Below, in pieces: positions 20,996-36,154 of a DNA stretch of 64,000 nucleotides (position 1 is the first letter of the stretch; each line of letters starts with the position of its first letter). The translations under genes and the position numbers were made by a program. The stretch covers positions 6,515,875-6,579,874 of the forward strand of contig NW_026988420.1 of NCBI RefSeq assembly GCF_030222135.1, given 5' to 3'. The stretch is from Aotus nancymaae (taxonomy: Eukaryota). The notes under the pieces were generated by a model. That model worked only from the letters and a program-made list of their open reading frames with translations. It was not told the DNA's origin and made no database searches.

Positions 20996-21352
20996 CAAAC
21001 TAACACAGGACCGAGAACGCGATCCCAAAACTTACACAGTACCCGGAACCGTGATCCGCAAACTAACACAGAACCCAGAACTGCGCTATCTCCAAACTAA
21101 CACAGGACCCGGAACGCGATCCCAAAACTTACACAGGACCCGGAACTGCGATCCGCAAACTAACACAGAACCCAGAACTGCGCTGTCTCCAAACTAACAC
21201 AGGACTCGGAATGCGATCCCCAAACTTACACAGGACCCAGAACTGCAATCCCAGACTGACATGGACCCGGAACCGCTATCGCCAAACTTACTCGGCACGT
21301 GAAACCGCGATCCCCAAACTAACATAGGACTTGGAACCGGTGTCGCCGAACG
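20996..21352. repeat. CpG-containing ~32-bp minisatellite, ~11 copies, with a 97-bp higher-order period
   Basis: caaactaacacaggacccggaacgcgatcc-type units in tandem. Units 1-3 are repeated almost exactly as units 4-6. Confidence 0.85.
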
Positions 21353-21396
21353 GCAGCTTACTTTGCAGGGAGCCTGTTAGACGTGACTCCTTGCTT

Positions 21397-21720
21397 TTTT
21401 TCGTTTTTTTTTGTTTTTTTTTTTTGTTTGTTTTGTTTTTTGAGACAGGGTCTTGCTTTGTCGCCCAGCCTGGAGTGCAATTGAGTGATCTCGGCTCACT
21501 GCAACCTCCACCTCCCGCGTTCGAGCAATTGTCCTTCCTCAGCCTCCTGAGTAGCTGGGAATACAGACACCTACCATTACACCCGGCTAATTTTTGTATT
21601 TTTAGTAGAGGCGGGGTTTCACCATGTTGGCCAGGGTGGTCTTGATCTCCTGACCTTGTGATCTGCCTGCCTCGGCCTCCCAAAGTGCTGGGATTACAGG
21701 CGTGAGTCACCGCGCCAGTC
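21397..21720 (-). mobile_element. Alu SINE
   Basis: Long T-rich tail, gagacagggtcttgctttgtcgcccagcctggagtgcaa...gtgagtcaccgcgccagtc. Confidence 0.85.
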
Positions 21721-21750
21721 TCCTTGCTTTTAAAAATTGACAAATATCAG

Positions 21751-21880
21751 TCTGGGCAGCATGGCGAAAACCTGTCTCTACCAAAAATACAAAAAATTAA
21801 CGGGGCATGGTGGCACCCGCATGTAATCCCAGCTACTCTACTCGAGAAGGAGGCTGAGGCAGGAGAATCGCTTGAACCCT
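21751..21880 (+). mobile_element. Partial Alu (monomer-sized fragment)
   Basis: tctgggcagcatggcgaaaacctgtctctaccaaaaatacaaaaaattaacggggcatggtggc...gcaggagaatcgcttgaaccc. Confidence 0.7.
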
Positions 21881-21884
21881 GTGT

Positions 21885-23332
<1,448 letters not shown>

Positions 23333-23337
23333 TAGGG

Positions 23338-23640
<303 letters not shown>

Positions 23641-23790
23641 ATATTGAAAAATAGTTACTGGAAATTAAACCGAATATTTCACCGTGTATTAGTTTATTGT
23701 TTAATACATGTTTCAGAGCAAAATATGCTAATTTTTCTTAGAAGTAATTCATTTCTGTATGTGAGAATGTATGTTACAGTAAAAGAATTA

Positions 23791-24193
<403 letters not shown>

Positions 24194-24650
24194 TTATTTC
24201 CAGTTGTTCAGTTTTTTCCCCAGAATGTCTTAACAGAAACCCATATAATGAGTCTTTTTTAATGCATAGGATTATATGTAAAATCCCATGGTTTCACTAT
24301 CATATAATGTTAATTTTCAGTTTAGAAATAAATGCTTCCATGTTCTTGAGTCACACACTTGATCTGTAACTGAAATCTATCATGTTTTTATTAAGATGTA
24401 TATTATGAGCCTATACAAAGGGGTTTTTGGTGTTGTAATATCAGCCATAAAAGCTAGAAATGATTCTTAAGCCAACAGACATATTGCAAGCTAGGATGTT
24501 ATTCAACTTCACGATGTTCAATTTATAACATGATGACAATATCTTTCTTAAGATAAAATTTTCCCATGGTTTGCATGTATAATAATTCTAAATTCACTGT
24601 CAATTATGTTTACCTAAGAGAGAGTCCTTAAAACCTTTTTTCCCTACAGG

Positions 24651-24782
24651 ATGATGATGGGAATCTTTGCAAATTGTATCTTCTGTTTGAAAGTGAAGTA
24701 CTTACCTCGGCAGCAGAAGAAAAAGCTACAAGCTGACATTAAGGAAAATGGTGGAAGGTTTTCCTTTTCATTAAATCCTCAG
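24651..24782 (+). CDS. PARP4: PARP4 coding exon 1 (transcript exon 2), start codon plus N-terminal BRCT domain
   Basis: Acceptor tttttccctacag|G at 24649, ATG at 24651, donor cag|gtatttcc. Encodes MMMGIFANCIFCLKVKYLPRQQKKKLQADIKENGGRFSFSLNPQ, matching the PARP4 N-terminus. Confidence 0.9.
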
Positions 24783-26035
24783 GTATTTCCAAATCTCATA
24801 AACTACAGTATGATAAAACATTGTGCATTCAGGGAAGAGGGGTCATGGTTAGCAGAGGAAGCAGAGATTAGCAGCAGGAGGCACTGAGTGAGCTACTCCA
24901 AGTTCGTCAGGAGAGACTGTGACATGGCCTGTTGGAAGGCTGGGCCCCGAGAAGCAGAGGAGGCCCAGCCCAGCCGTGTCCTCTCTCTGTTCCCTGAACT
25001 GCAGGACAGTCCCACATGTCCTATGAAGCAGGATATTACTAGAGCACAGCCAAATATAAAAATAGAATTTCAGCCCAGCCAAATCTGTTCTTGAAGGGGA
25101 AAGTCATAGCTCACAGGATTTGCAAAAAGCGCACTGTCGTCACTCACCAGCGTGTCAACGCTGGAGTGATATACTGGTAAGCCAGGTTCCTGGGGGCAGA
25201 AAGAAAGACATGCAGTGCAGGCTCATCTTTGCAGCATAGCTTGTGCTGTCTGTTTTGTTCATTTAAAGGCTGCAGGAAGCCACCTTCCATCTCTTGAACT
25301 TGAAGGGGTGGCAGTTCAGATAATAGGATTTTACACCTGGATGAAATCTTGGAAATAATTCAGTCTAATCTCTTTTTTTTAAACCAGCTCACTGTAAGAA
25401 CTAAAAATAGAAATCCAAAGACTCTAGGTGCCAGGTTGGCCTGCCCCTTCTCTAGACTTCAGCCCTGGGGCTTGGCCATGATGAGCCTCATCTGTTCTGT
25501 GCAGTGTGTTCAACTCCAGCTGAATACCAGAAGTGCAATGTCCCTGTTTCCTTCCAATTCAGGTAGAATCGTATATTCTTCCCTTACACAGCTTCCCATA
25601 CTGAGCTGTCTCACCATCTCTGTGGACAGATGAGTAAATTGTGCCTGCTCCCCTTCTCAGTTTGTCTTCTGTGTGGAGAACTGCCAACATGGTTTCTCCT
25701 TTTTAGAAACTCGCATACTGTGAGTGCAACCTTGTGGAAGTCAGTGATGTACATAAACATTTGAAATGTGCATACCAGCTGCTGTAAAGAAGGAGGCAGC
25801 TCTAGATGTAATGGTGAGGAACGATCGTCAAGATAAATTCAGTGGAAAAGCCAGCACAGAAGAGGCTGAGTAGCACGGTGCCATGTGTCTATGCATAGTG
25901 TAGCTCTAGCAGGATACTTGAGGAGCAAGTGACAGCAGGTGCCTCTGGGGAGAGGAGCTAGGGACAACAGTGGGGAAGAAATTAACATGTCATTATTCTT
26001 TTATTTTCTAAATACTCTATGGTGTGAATTTATTA

Positions 26036-26338
<303 letters not shown>

Positions 26339-26550
26339 TTAATTATGATATATTCATATCCATAGTCTATGATTTTTTACATGTTTATGTTACTAGAAAC
26401 TGTGTTGTTTATAGAGGTTTTTAAGAAGTTTGAGAAAAATTATCGCAAACTACCTTAAAACAAGACTTTTTAAGAATGAAAATTTCAGATACAGATAACT
26501 TATTTAGATGTTTTTACTGATGTGTAATGTCTTGATTCTTTTTTTCTTAG

Positions 26551-26752
26551 TGCACACATGTAATCTTAGACAATGCTGATGTTCTGAGTCAGTACCAACT
26601 GAATTCTATCCAAAAGAACCATGTTCATATTGCAAACCCAGATTTTATATGGGAATCTATCAGAGAAAAGAGACTCTTGGATGTAAAGAATTATGATCCT
26701 AATAAGCCCCTGGATATCACACCATCTCCTGATCAGAAGGCAAGCAGTCCTG
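26551..26752 (+). CDS. PARP4: PARP4 coding exon 2 (BRCT domain)
   Basis: ttttttcttag| acceptor; CTHVILDNADVLSQYQLNSIQKNHVHIANPDFIWESIREKRLLDVKNYDPNKPLDITPSPDQKASSP; donor ctg|gtaggt; phase 0 to phase 1. Confidence 0.9.
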
Positions 26753-28017
26753 GTAGGTATTTCGTAGCAAGCTCTTGATGTATCATAGGTGCTATAGTAC
26801 ACACTTGGGTTTGTCAAAGATATTATAGACAGAGAATTGTCCAGAAATATGCAAAAACAATTAGACTTCTTATTACTTCAGAAAATGGACAGAAAAATGA
26901 AGGACAAAAGACGACTTTAGCAATAGAAATAGATTTCTTGGTATCCAGCCTAGTAGCATCAGATTCAAACTGGCCACAAAACATTGATCATCTCAGAAAA
27001 CCTGATTGCGATTCTAACTAGGAGGAATGAAAAGCCTTTGTGTTAAACAATGATTACTATACTCTAATGACTGGAAATTCGATGACCAGCATTTTGCTAA
27101 AGAAATTCTTTCCAAACAAAAGATTGTCTCCTCAAAAGAAACATATTTTCTTTACAAACCAAGATTGTATTTTGGAATCTGTCCAAGAAGAAAGGCTTTC
27201 GACATGAGAAATGCACTCTTCCTGAGTCACATCAAAAAACAAACAGTTCTAATAAATATCAACTTACAGTAAGCACATGGTATGTGTTAGATATGTAATG
27301 ACTTGGCAGGGCGGAGCCTCCTTAGACAATCATCCGGAAATGCTGCTGCAGTCATCAGACTTTCTCAATGTCCCAGCAAATGATAGTCACAACAGAAATA
27401 GGCAAAATAGTAGATTCCTTTCACATTGAAAACATATTGTATGACAGCCAGCATAATTTATTCAGATTCCAAATTACTACAAAATCCTGATGGTCTTTGG
27501 AATCTTGACAGTAATTAAAACTGGACAGAAGTCCTTGAATTAAGAATTATTCCTATATATCACAATACTATAGATAGTGTTACTGTTTCCCTGAATGAAA
27601 AATATGAAGAAAAGCTTGTGTACAGCCCTTGAGTTTCCGTCCTCTAAGCTAGAACATCTCCAGTTCCTTCACTTGTGATGTGCCAGCTCTCAGGAACTCA
27701 TTCTGATCCTGTGCACTTCAAGAGGAAAGTGCCAATTGAAAATTGTATAACTATCAATGAGTTTCAAATAATAACAGACGAGAATTCTCCTGATATGCCT
27801 ATTAAAATAGAATTAGAGTATGTTCTCACTATCTTATAATGTTGTACCTTCCTCTTACAATGTTACACCCTCCTCTTTTCCCACTGGGTTGTCCTTTGAT
27901 CACCAAAATTATAACTAATTTAAAAATATATTTATGAATCTTAACAATTCCAGCACTTAGGTTAACTAATTATAAGCCTCTGGCAGTAAACAATTGTGCT
28001 GTTTGCGTTACTTCTAG

Positions 28018-28084
28018 AAGCAAAAACAGAAGATGTATGCCTGGACAGTGCTACAGAGGAGGAAGACACTATGGAACTCAATGA
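28018..28084 (+). CDS. PARP4: PARP4 coding exon 3
   Basis: acttctag| acceptor; (E)AKTEDVCLDSATEEEDTMELNE; donor atga|gtaatt. Confidence 0.85.
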
Positions 28085-28297
28085 GTAATTTACTTCTTTC
28101 TGATTCCTAGGACTCTACAGAGTTTGCAAAATCTTGTGTAAACCTCAAGCACCGTATTAAAATTCTATTTGTAGACTTTTTTGTATTTTAATTTATTTTA
28201 CATATCTAACTCTTTAGTGATTTTTTTATTTGAGACTTTTTACTTCAACTAGTATAGTGATCATTATTTTTTTCTTTTCTTTTCTTTTCTTTTTTAA

Positions 28298-28410
28298 GAC
28301 GAGGTTTCACCATGTTGGTCAGGCTGGTCTTGAACTCCCGACCTCAGGTGATCCGCCCACCTTGGCATCCAAAGTGCTTGGATTACAGGCGTGAGCCACC
28401 ATGCCCGGCC
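28298..28410 (-). mobile_element. Partial Alu (right-monomer fragment)
   Basis: gacgaggtttcaccatgttggtcaggctggtc...gtgagccaccatgcccggcc; TSD tagtgatcattattttt. Confidence 0.8.
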
Positions 28411-29149
28411 TAGTGATCATTATTTTTATCTTCTCAGTATTATGAGATTGGATGCAATTATTAGATTAACTGATTTTTAAGAAAATACAGTGATGATGAG
28501 ATTTGGGTAGCCTCTCATCGTATTACTTTACTGAGCAATCTTTAGAGTTTGTTACTTTTGCCTGATATTTTCAAAAATGGAAATAACAACAGCCTTCCTC
28601 AAATGAAGTATGTAAGTCTAAAGTTCTGTATGGCTGCTTAAAGCATACCCAAAAGATCGGGTTAATTAGGCATCACATTTAGTCTTGTTATATTTGTTAA
28701 TAATCATGTTTAAAGAGAAGAAAATCCAAAATGAAAACTACAGATTATGAGAAGTCTGACTCTTTTATTTTAGAGAGAATGGACTGTGGTCCGGAGAGGA
28801 GTGACGTAGCTCCTAAGAGTCAGACCTAAAGCGAACACAAGTAGCCCATCCCCAGAGTGTGGCCCACTTTTTTCTGCCTCTGCGTGTGCCGCGTGGACAC
28901 CATCTTCCAGTGCAGAAGCTATGGCATTGGGCATCTGAGCTGGAGAAGTATGCAGAGGAGGCATCCAGCTCATTTCAAATGATCTTTTAACCATTTCTCC
29001 CTAAGGAGGCCTTAGGTACTTACCATGTATTTTGTAAGAAATCTATCATGTATTTTATAAGGATCTACAGAAAAAAAGTTATGAAATTCTAATTAGCCTA
29101 AAATCCATTTTAATGTTAAAATTTTAATTATACACTGTACAAATTTCAG

Positions 29150-29225
29150 GTTTTCTGCAGAGAATGTTGAAATTTCCCATCTTCCTCAAGATTTTGAAGT
29201 TGCAAAATATAACACCTTGGAGAAA
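29150..29225 (+). CDS. PARP4: PARP4 coding exon 4
   Basis: aaatttcag| acceptor; (E)FSAENVEISHLPQDFEVAKYNTLEK; donor aaa|gtaagaa. Confidence 0.85.
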
Positions 29226-29389
29226 GTAAGAATCTGATTTCTAGTTAGAAAAAAAAAAAAAAAACCTGTTTGAATGTCTTCTGAGTGTTTTTTTATTTGA
29301 TCATTTTCTCATTGTTTTGAAAAATTGTGCATATCTCGAATATCATATATTCCTTAAAATATGAATCGATTTTAGTATTTGTTTATGAC

Positions 29390-29494
29390 AAAATCTCACT
29401 ATGTTGCTGGTCTTGAATTCCTGGGCTCAAGCCATCCTCCCTCCTTAGCCTATCAAAGTGCTAGGATTACAGGCCTGAGCCACTGCACCCAGAC
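29390..29494 (-). mobile_element. Partial Alu fragment
   Basis: aaatctcactatgttgctggtcttgaattcctgggctcaag...cctgagccactgcacccag. Confidence 0.75.
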
Positions 29495-29789
29495 CCAATT
29501 CTTGCTAGTCAAGAAAATGCTTCTGTTTAGAACTTAATATCTAAATTTTTAGTATTTATATTATAAAAGTAATGCATGCTCATAGCAAAAATTTTAAACA
29601 GGACAAAATATCAATATGGTATTAAAAATAAAAGTCCTCTTCCCTGTTATCAACAGTTTCTTGTATTTGGAAAGGGAAGGTTTGACACTAAGTATGTACA
29701 CTATTTTGCATTTCCATTCCTTTTGCATTACAAAGAAAAACAATTTTTTTTTTTATAAAGTCGTACAAACGAAAATCAACACTAGTGTC

Positions 29790-29905
29790 TGGTGTGGCGT
29801 CACTCACCTATGCTCCCAGATACTTAGGAGGTTGAAGCAGGGGGATCTCTTGAGCCCAGGAGTTTGAGGCCACCCTGGGCAACATGGCAAGACCTCTGTC
29901 TCTAA
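29790..29905 (+). mobile_element. Partial Alu / FLAM-like monomer
   Basis: ggcgtcactcacctatgctcccagatacttaggaggttgaagcagggggatctcttgagcccaggagtttgaggccaccctgggcaacatggcaagacc. Confidence 0.7.
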
Positions 29906-30288
29906 AATATATACACAGATATAAGTTGACGCTAGCCTTCAAAGTGATTTTTCATTTGTATTTTTAGATATGTTAATAAGACATAATTTGAAAATAACAT
30001 TTCCCTCCTTGATAAGGAAAACATGAAAAATGGTATGGTATAAACATACACAGCTCTATCTATGGTAAAAATACAGGAGAGAAACATACCAAAATATTAA
30101 TAATGATTGTATTGCTGTCATAGGATTTTAGGTGATTTTAATTTTCTTCTTGATACCTTTCTGTATTTTCTAAATTATATCTCTAAATGAACATATATTA
30201 TTTTATAATTATAATCAACATTTTCAAATGGCAAATGTCATTTGATGTTTCAAGAGTTTAGCTTCTGAAAGTACATCCTCTTTTCCAG

Positions 30289-30402
30289 GTGGGAATGGCG
30301 GGAGGCCGGGAAGCCGTGGTGGTAGAGCTGCAGTGTTCACGGGACTCCAGGGACTGTCCTTTCCTGATATCCTCACACTTCCTCCTGGCTGATGGCATGC
30401 AG
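30289..30402 (+). CDS. PARP4: PARP4 coding exon 5
   Basis: ttttccag| acceptor; VGMAGGREAVVVELQCSRDSRDCPFLISSHFLLADGMQ; donor cag|gtaatg. Confidence 0.9.
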
Positions 30403-31435
30403 GTAATGCTGTTTAGATTGATTCCTATGTCCTTACTGACCTCTGTTCATGACTCATTTCAATAAACCAGGCATCCTGCCCACCTTTTTCTTCTTACCTG
30501 GTGTCCTAGCTCAGGCTGCTGTTCATAAATGCAACAGGCTGGGGAGCTTAAACAACAGACGTTTATTTCTCACAGTGCTAGAGACTGGAAGGCCAAGGCC
30601 AAAATGTGGCAGGGTTTATTTCTTCTGAGGTGAGGCCTCTCTCTTTGGCTTACAGATGGCTATCTGTGTCCTCGTCTCTTCGCTTGAGGATGGCAGTCAT
30701 GTTGGATCAGGGCCTACCCCTGTGATCTCATTAATTAATCAAGTACCTCTTTAAAGGCTCTGTCTCCAAACACAGTCCCATTTTTGAGGTCCTGGGACTT
30801 AGGACTTCAGCATATGCATTTTGTAGGGGTACAGTTCATCCATAACACCTGGTAAATAATTTTGCAAAGGGGAAATGTGTTCCCTTTCGTAGTATGGGAG
30901 GTGAGGACCTCACCTCTGAGTAGATCAGCACTAGAAGGGAATGTTCTCTGGGTGCAGGGTGTATAGCGTTTCTGCTCTTGTTCCACATCACTTATGGGAT
31001 ATTTTCCTGACATTTACACCTCTGAAAGCATTCCACTGATACACTTCATTAAGCATCTGCTATGTATCAAGCAATCTACTAGGGCTGGCACTCAGCATTT
31101 AAAAAATGCTTCACATCTTGACTCTCAGAAATCACTGTCTAGAAAGAGCTAACCCTCATCATTGCAATCCACAGTGACAGTTCCAGTTCTGAATATGTAT
31201 ATGAGGTATTAAGGGCTCAAGGTTACAGAGCCCTGGGAACAACAAGGGAGGCTTTGCAGAGGCCGTGACCTTTGCCCTAGGTCAGTATCAGGTCAAGAGC
31301 ACAGCTCCAATCTAAAACAATCATGAAACAAAAATAAATTCAGAATTAATGCCTGAAGTTTAAATAAACACCTACCAGGATCCTTTCTCAAGTAGATATT
31401 CAGAGTTACAGATCTTCCCTGGGGCCCCTGGCAGA

Positions 31436-31696
31436 GATAGAGTCTTCCTTTATTGCCCAGGCTGGAGTGCAGTGGCTCGATCTTGGCTCACTGCAACCCC
31501 CACTTCCCGGGTTCAAGTGATTCTGCTGTCTCAGCCTTCTGAGTAGCTGAGATTACAGGCACACGCCACCATGCCTGGCTAATTTTTGTGTGTTCACCAC
31601 ATTAGTCAGGCTGGTTTCGAACTCCTGACCTCATGATCCGCCTGCCTTGGCCTCCCAAAGTTCTGAGACTACAGGCGTGAGCCACCACACCCAGCC
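31436..31696 (-). mobile_element. Alu SINE
   Basis: gagatagagtcttcctttattgcccaggctggagtgcagtggc...gtgagccaccacacccagcc. Confidence 0.85.
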
Positions 31697-33114
31697 TACA
31701 AATCTGTCTTGGGCCAGGAAGCAGTCACTTCTCAGTGGGAGTGGCCCTCACAAAGGTCCACACAGGCTCCAGGAGCTTTTCCTTCTGTTCCCACTCTGGG
31801 TGTCAGCTCAGGTACAAGAGAAGGAGACTCACATCAGGTGGATGTGAGATCCACTTGACTTGGAAACCCTACCCCACGGAAGCCCATTGCTCTCATAACA
31901 TTGTTTTGGGTTCCAGATGCCCTCAAGGGACATACACAATTATATGAGTCACTGCTCTCAGACAAGCCCAACGCTTGAGTTTCCCACCATCGAACCCTCA
32001 GTCTCAATGCAGTTTATCAATGAGAGGCCACAATTACATAAGCAATTTTGCCTGCTATTACAGCTGACATGCCATCTTTATCAGATTTCCATGGAAACAG
32101 AGCAAGAAAGCTAATCCATGGTCAGATATGTCCATAAAGGAGAAGGGTTTTTGTTAACTTTCTACCCCGAAATGTATACTGTACTTTGTGGAGGGTTTCG
32201 TTGTTTGGGTAAGGAGTAAGTAAAAATGCAGTGGAAAAACATGACAGAATGTGTTACTGTTTTCTTCATTGAGAAAAGAAACCGTAGCACTGTACAGACC
32301 AGGACATCCCTCAGGGTGCCTTCCTCCCTTAGCAAGCCTCAGTCTGCGTAGAGCACCCCTTGGGTGAGCCTGGTTTGCTGAGCAGAGCAGCCTTGATAGC
32401 AGTGAGCCTCAGCCAGCTGTTCTGCTGAAGAGGATTTTCCAGCTTGCCCTTCGGCTAAATAAAACCATTTCGATGGAAATCTTCCAAAATTATGTTAAAC
32501 TCTACCTTCTTAAATGGAGTGACTTCAACAGGCACTTCTTTTTTCCAAGTTTCAGCGGCATCCCGCAGCCCCCCATCCGAGAGGGCGGCTTATCCTGAGT
32601 AGAGTGGCTTCCCAGGGGCCACACCCCCAAGCCAGGGGCTCAGCCAACACCTACAAGAACACCAGGGCTCCGAGTTGGGGCAAGTTCTCCCAGATTCTCT
32701 GGGGTTAATGTTAGGATCACTGCCCACTACAGGGCCAGGAGTTTCCCAGAAGAGCGGAAAGTGCTGCCTCCATAGATAGTTCGGGATGAGGGAGAAGCTG
32801 GGCCTTTCTTCAACACGTGGATGACCGAATAGCTTTCCGCTGTGATTTCATTTTTGCTGTGTGCCTGTCTCTAACGGTTCTTCCTTTCTGAAGTAGTTTT
32901 CTTTTCTTCCCCTCCCCTGATTTATTTTTCCCATTTCCAAAAAGCTGGAAAGCCAAATTTCAAAGCTAATTAGAATGGTTTGTGAACAGTCTGTAGGCTT
33001 GGAAGGAAGCTTTGAGTGACTCTCCAGTGAAACAAATGATCTTTTCTGTCTGCTGTGCTTTCTGAAGCTTTTTCCCCTTTACCTCCACGTTGTAGGCTTT
33101 TTTATTAAGAGTTT

Positions 33115-33409
33115 AGGCTGGGCACGATGGCTCACGCCTGTAATCCCAGCACTTAGGGAGGCCGAGGTAGGTGGATCAAAAGGTCAATAGACGGAGACCA
33201 TCCTGGCTAACATGGTGAAACCCCGTCTCTACTAAAAATACAAACATTAGCTGGGCGTGGTGGCACACATCTGTAGTCCCAGCTACTCGGGAGACTGAGG
33301 CAGAAGAATCACTTGAACCTGGGAGGCGGAGTTGCAGTGAGCCAAGATGGCGCCATTGCACTCCAGCCTGGCAACAGAGTGAGACAACATCTCAAAAAAA
33401 AAAAAAAAA
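33115..33409 (+). mobile_element. Alu SINE
   Basis: ggctgggcacgatggctcacgcctgtaatccc...poly-A(16). Confidence 0.9.
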
Positions 33410-33432
33410 GAGTTTAAAATTTTAGTAATTCT

Positions 33433-33761
<329 letters not shown>

Positions 33762-33886
33762 TTAAGTAATACTTTGAAAAAAACTAATTTCTAAACTTCT
33801 TCATGTCAAGTAACTAATGCTTTATGTTCAATAAAGCTAGATATGTAAATAATTATCATACTTTTCCTATATACCGTAATTCACAG

Positions 33887-34036
33887 ACTAGAAAACAGTT
33901 TGCTATAAAGAAAACCTCTGAAGATGCAAGTCAATACTATGAAAATTACGTTGAAGAACTGAAGAAGCAAGGATTTCTACTAAGAGAACATTTCACACCT
34001 GAAGCAACCCAATTAGCATCTGAACAATTGCAAGCA
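33887..34036 (+). CDS. PARP4: PARP4 coding exon 6
   Basis: aattcacag| acceptor; TRKQFAIKKTSEDASQYYENYVEELKKQGFLLREHFTPEATQLASEQLQA; donor gca|gtaaga. Confidence 0.9.
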
Positions 34037-34114
34037 GTAAGATTGATTTATAATTTTTTGTTGTTATTGATTGAATATTTTTAATAGAAATTTCTCTATT
34101 ACAAATAAAAAACG

Positions 34115-34434
34115 GCCAGGCCTGGTGGCTTGTATCCCAGCACTTTGAGAGGCCAAGGTGGGAGGATCACTTGAGGCCAGGAGTTCGAGACCAGCCTTGG
34201 CAACATAGAGAGACCCATTTCTTAGTTTTTTAGTTTTTAATTTTTGTAGAAATGGGTCTCTCTATGTTGCCAATGGTGGTGTGCCTGTAGTCTTAGCTAC
34301 TCATGAAGCTGAGGCAGGAGGATCACTTAAATCCAGCAGTTTGAGGTTACAGTGAGGTATGATCATGCCACTGTATCCCAACCTGGGCGATACAGGAAGA
34401 CTCTGTCTCAAATAAATAAATAAATGTCAGGAGG
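34115..34434 (+). mobile_element. Alu SINE with internal rearrangement and (AAAT)n tail
   Basis: ggccaggcctggtggcttgtatcccagcactttgagaggcc...; internal inverted segment gagacccatttc.../...gaaatgggtctc. Confidence 0.8.
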
Positions 34435-34844
34435 GAAGAGGAGTTCAGAAAAGGAAATGTGAACTCATGGGAAGGCATGGAAACTGAGTGGGGAATGCAC
34501 TTTAGGATGAGCCATGAGATCTATTGCTTATTTCAGCAGCAGTCCCTCCCAGCTTTTGAGAGATCTCTTTACAACCTAGGCCATGAGTCAAGGGTCCTTA
34601 ACCCTGATTGTGTGTGTTGAATGCCACGGACAGACCTAGAGCTTACAGGGTGAAGGAAAAAATAGAACAGGAAGAAAAGAGGGTAGGAGGGAATCAGAGA
34701 AGAGAGAATGGAGGAAGACAGAGAGAGGATCCAGCAGTTCCTGGCGATGACTCTCCTGGGCTGCAATCAATCATTTCTCCTCACACCTCTGTTGGCCTTC
34801 ACACATGTTGACTTTTTGGTGGCGTTTCTGTTTTATTGTTGCAG

Positions 34845-34982
34845 TTGCTTTTGGAGGAATTCATGAATTCAAGCACTCTGAGCCAAGAGGTGAGCGATTT
34901 AGTAGAGATGATTTGGGCAGAGGCCCTGGGCCACCTGGAGCACACACTTCTCAAACCAGTGAACAGGATTAGCCTCAACGAT
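34845..34982 (+). CDS. PARP4: PARP4 coding exon 7
   Basis: ttttattgttgcag| acceptor; LLLEEFMNSSTLSQEVSDLVEMIWAEALGHLEHTLLKPVNRISLND; donor gat|gtaagt. Confidence 0.9.
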
Positions 34983-35980
34983 GTAAGTCTGTGTCGCTGA
35001 ACCGATGTGAGAAACCTGCCTCCTGGTTGATTGGCTTCAGTAATAACACTTGTGTTTGCATGCTGGTCTGACTGCTCTGAAATTCATTCCTGAATGTTCT
35101 TTCCTTGGACCCTGAAGAAAGGGACCACTAAGAGTACTAAGGAGAAAATAAGCGTCAGAGAAAACTAAACATCCCTGTCTGTAAAATGTGAGCCTCAAGA
35201 TCCAATCAAAGGCAGGCTTCTGGTGCTGGCCAGCTAGGAGGACCGATCTTTTGTGCCAAGAAGTTTGCAGGAAGCTGGAGGGATATGGGTGGTCTTGGTC
35301 CTCAGATTTCCAGACCCCAGCCCACTTCCTCGTGACTCCACGGTCTCGCACCTTCTGACTGTCTCAGGAAAGGCAGGCATGCCTCCAGATCACCAGAAAA
35401 TGTTCTTCCCTTCTTAAGTATAATTGCAACTGAAAGAGCAGGCAAACAAGATATCCCCAGTGGTACAACTTAAGCAACTGCATTGTTGTATTGAAATAAA
35501 TAAGGACAATTTTCCTCCGTGGAATTAAGCTAATTTATCTCAAGGAGAAAATGGCTTCCTGGGGTAAAGCCCACGAAGTACTTGTGTAATTAGAAACATC
35601 TTTAGGAGATTTTTACCCCTGGTCTAATTCTGACATCTTCCTAAATTTCTCATGTGAAAAGCAAGTCTCTCGCAGTTGCATTAGTGTTTCTCTTTCTGTG
35701 TATATGTATGTAGATATGTCCACATATATATAGAAATATAAGACTCTGGTTCTTTCGTCTAGTAAAACCAAGCCCAGGTTTGCAATAATGCCTCATGGCA
35801 TCATTGTCACAACTGAGATATGTCTCCAATAAAGATGGGCATTTGCTTTGTGATAGCTGTTCAGTAGAAAATGGATAGTTTTGACATGTCCAACAATCAT
35901 TTTAGATATTTTTGTGCATGCTCCTTAATTTCTGTATCAAAATTTCATTTTAACAAGCATATATGATCTTCTGTTGAAAG

Positions 35981-36154
35981 GTAAGCAAGGCAGAGGGGGT
36001 TCTCCTTTTAGCGAAGGCAGCACTGAAAAACGGAGAAACAGCAGAGCAACTGCAAAAGATGATGACAGAGTTTTACAGACTGATACCTCACAAAGGCACA
36101 ATGCCCAAAGAAGTGAACCTGGGACTACTGGCTAAGAAAGCAGACCTCTGCCAG
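35981..36154 (+). CDS. PARP4: PARP4 coding exon 8
   Basis: Acceptor ...ctgttgaaag| with the exon starting GTAAGC; VSKAEGVLLLAKAALKNGETAEQLQKMMTEFYRLIPHKGTMPKEVNLGLLAKKADLCQ; donor cag|gtaaac. Confidence 0.85.
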
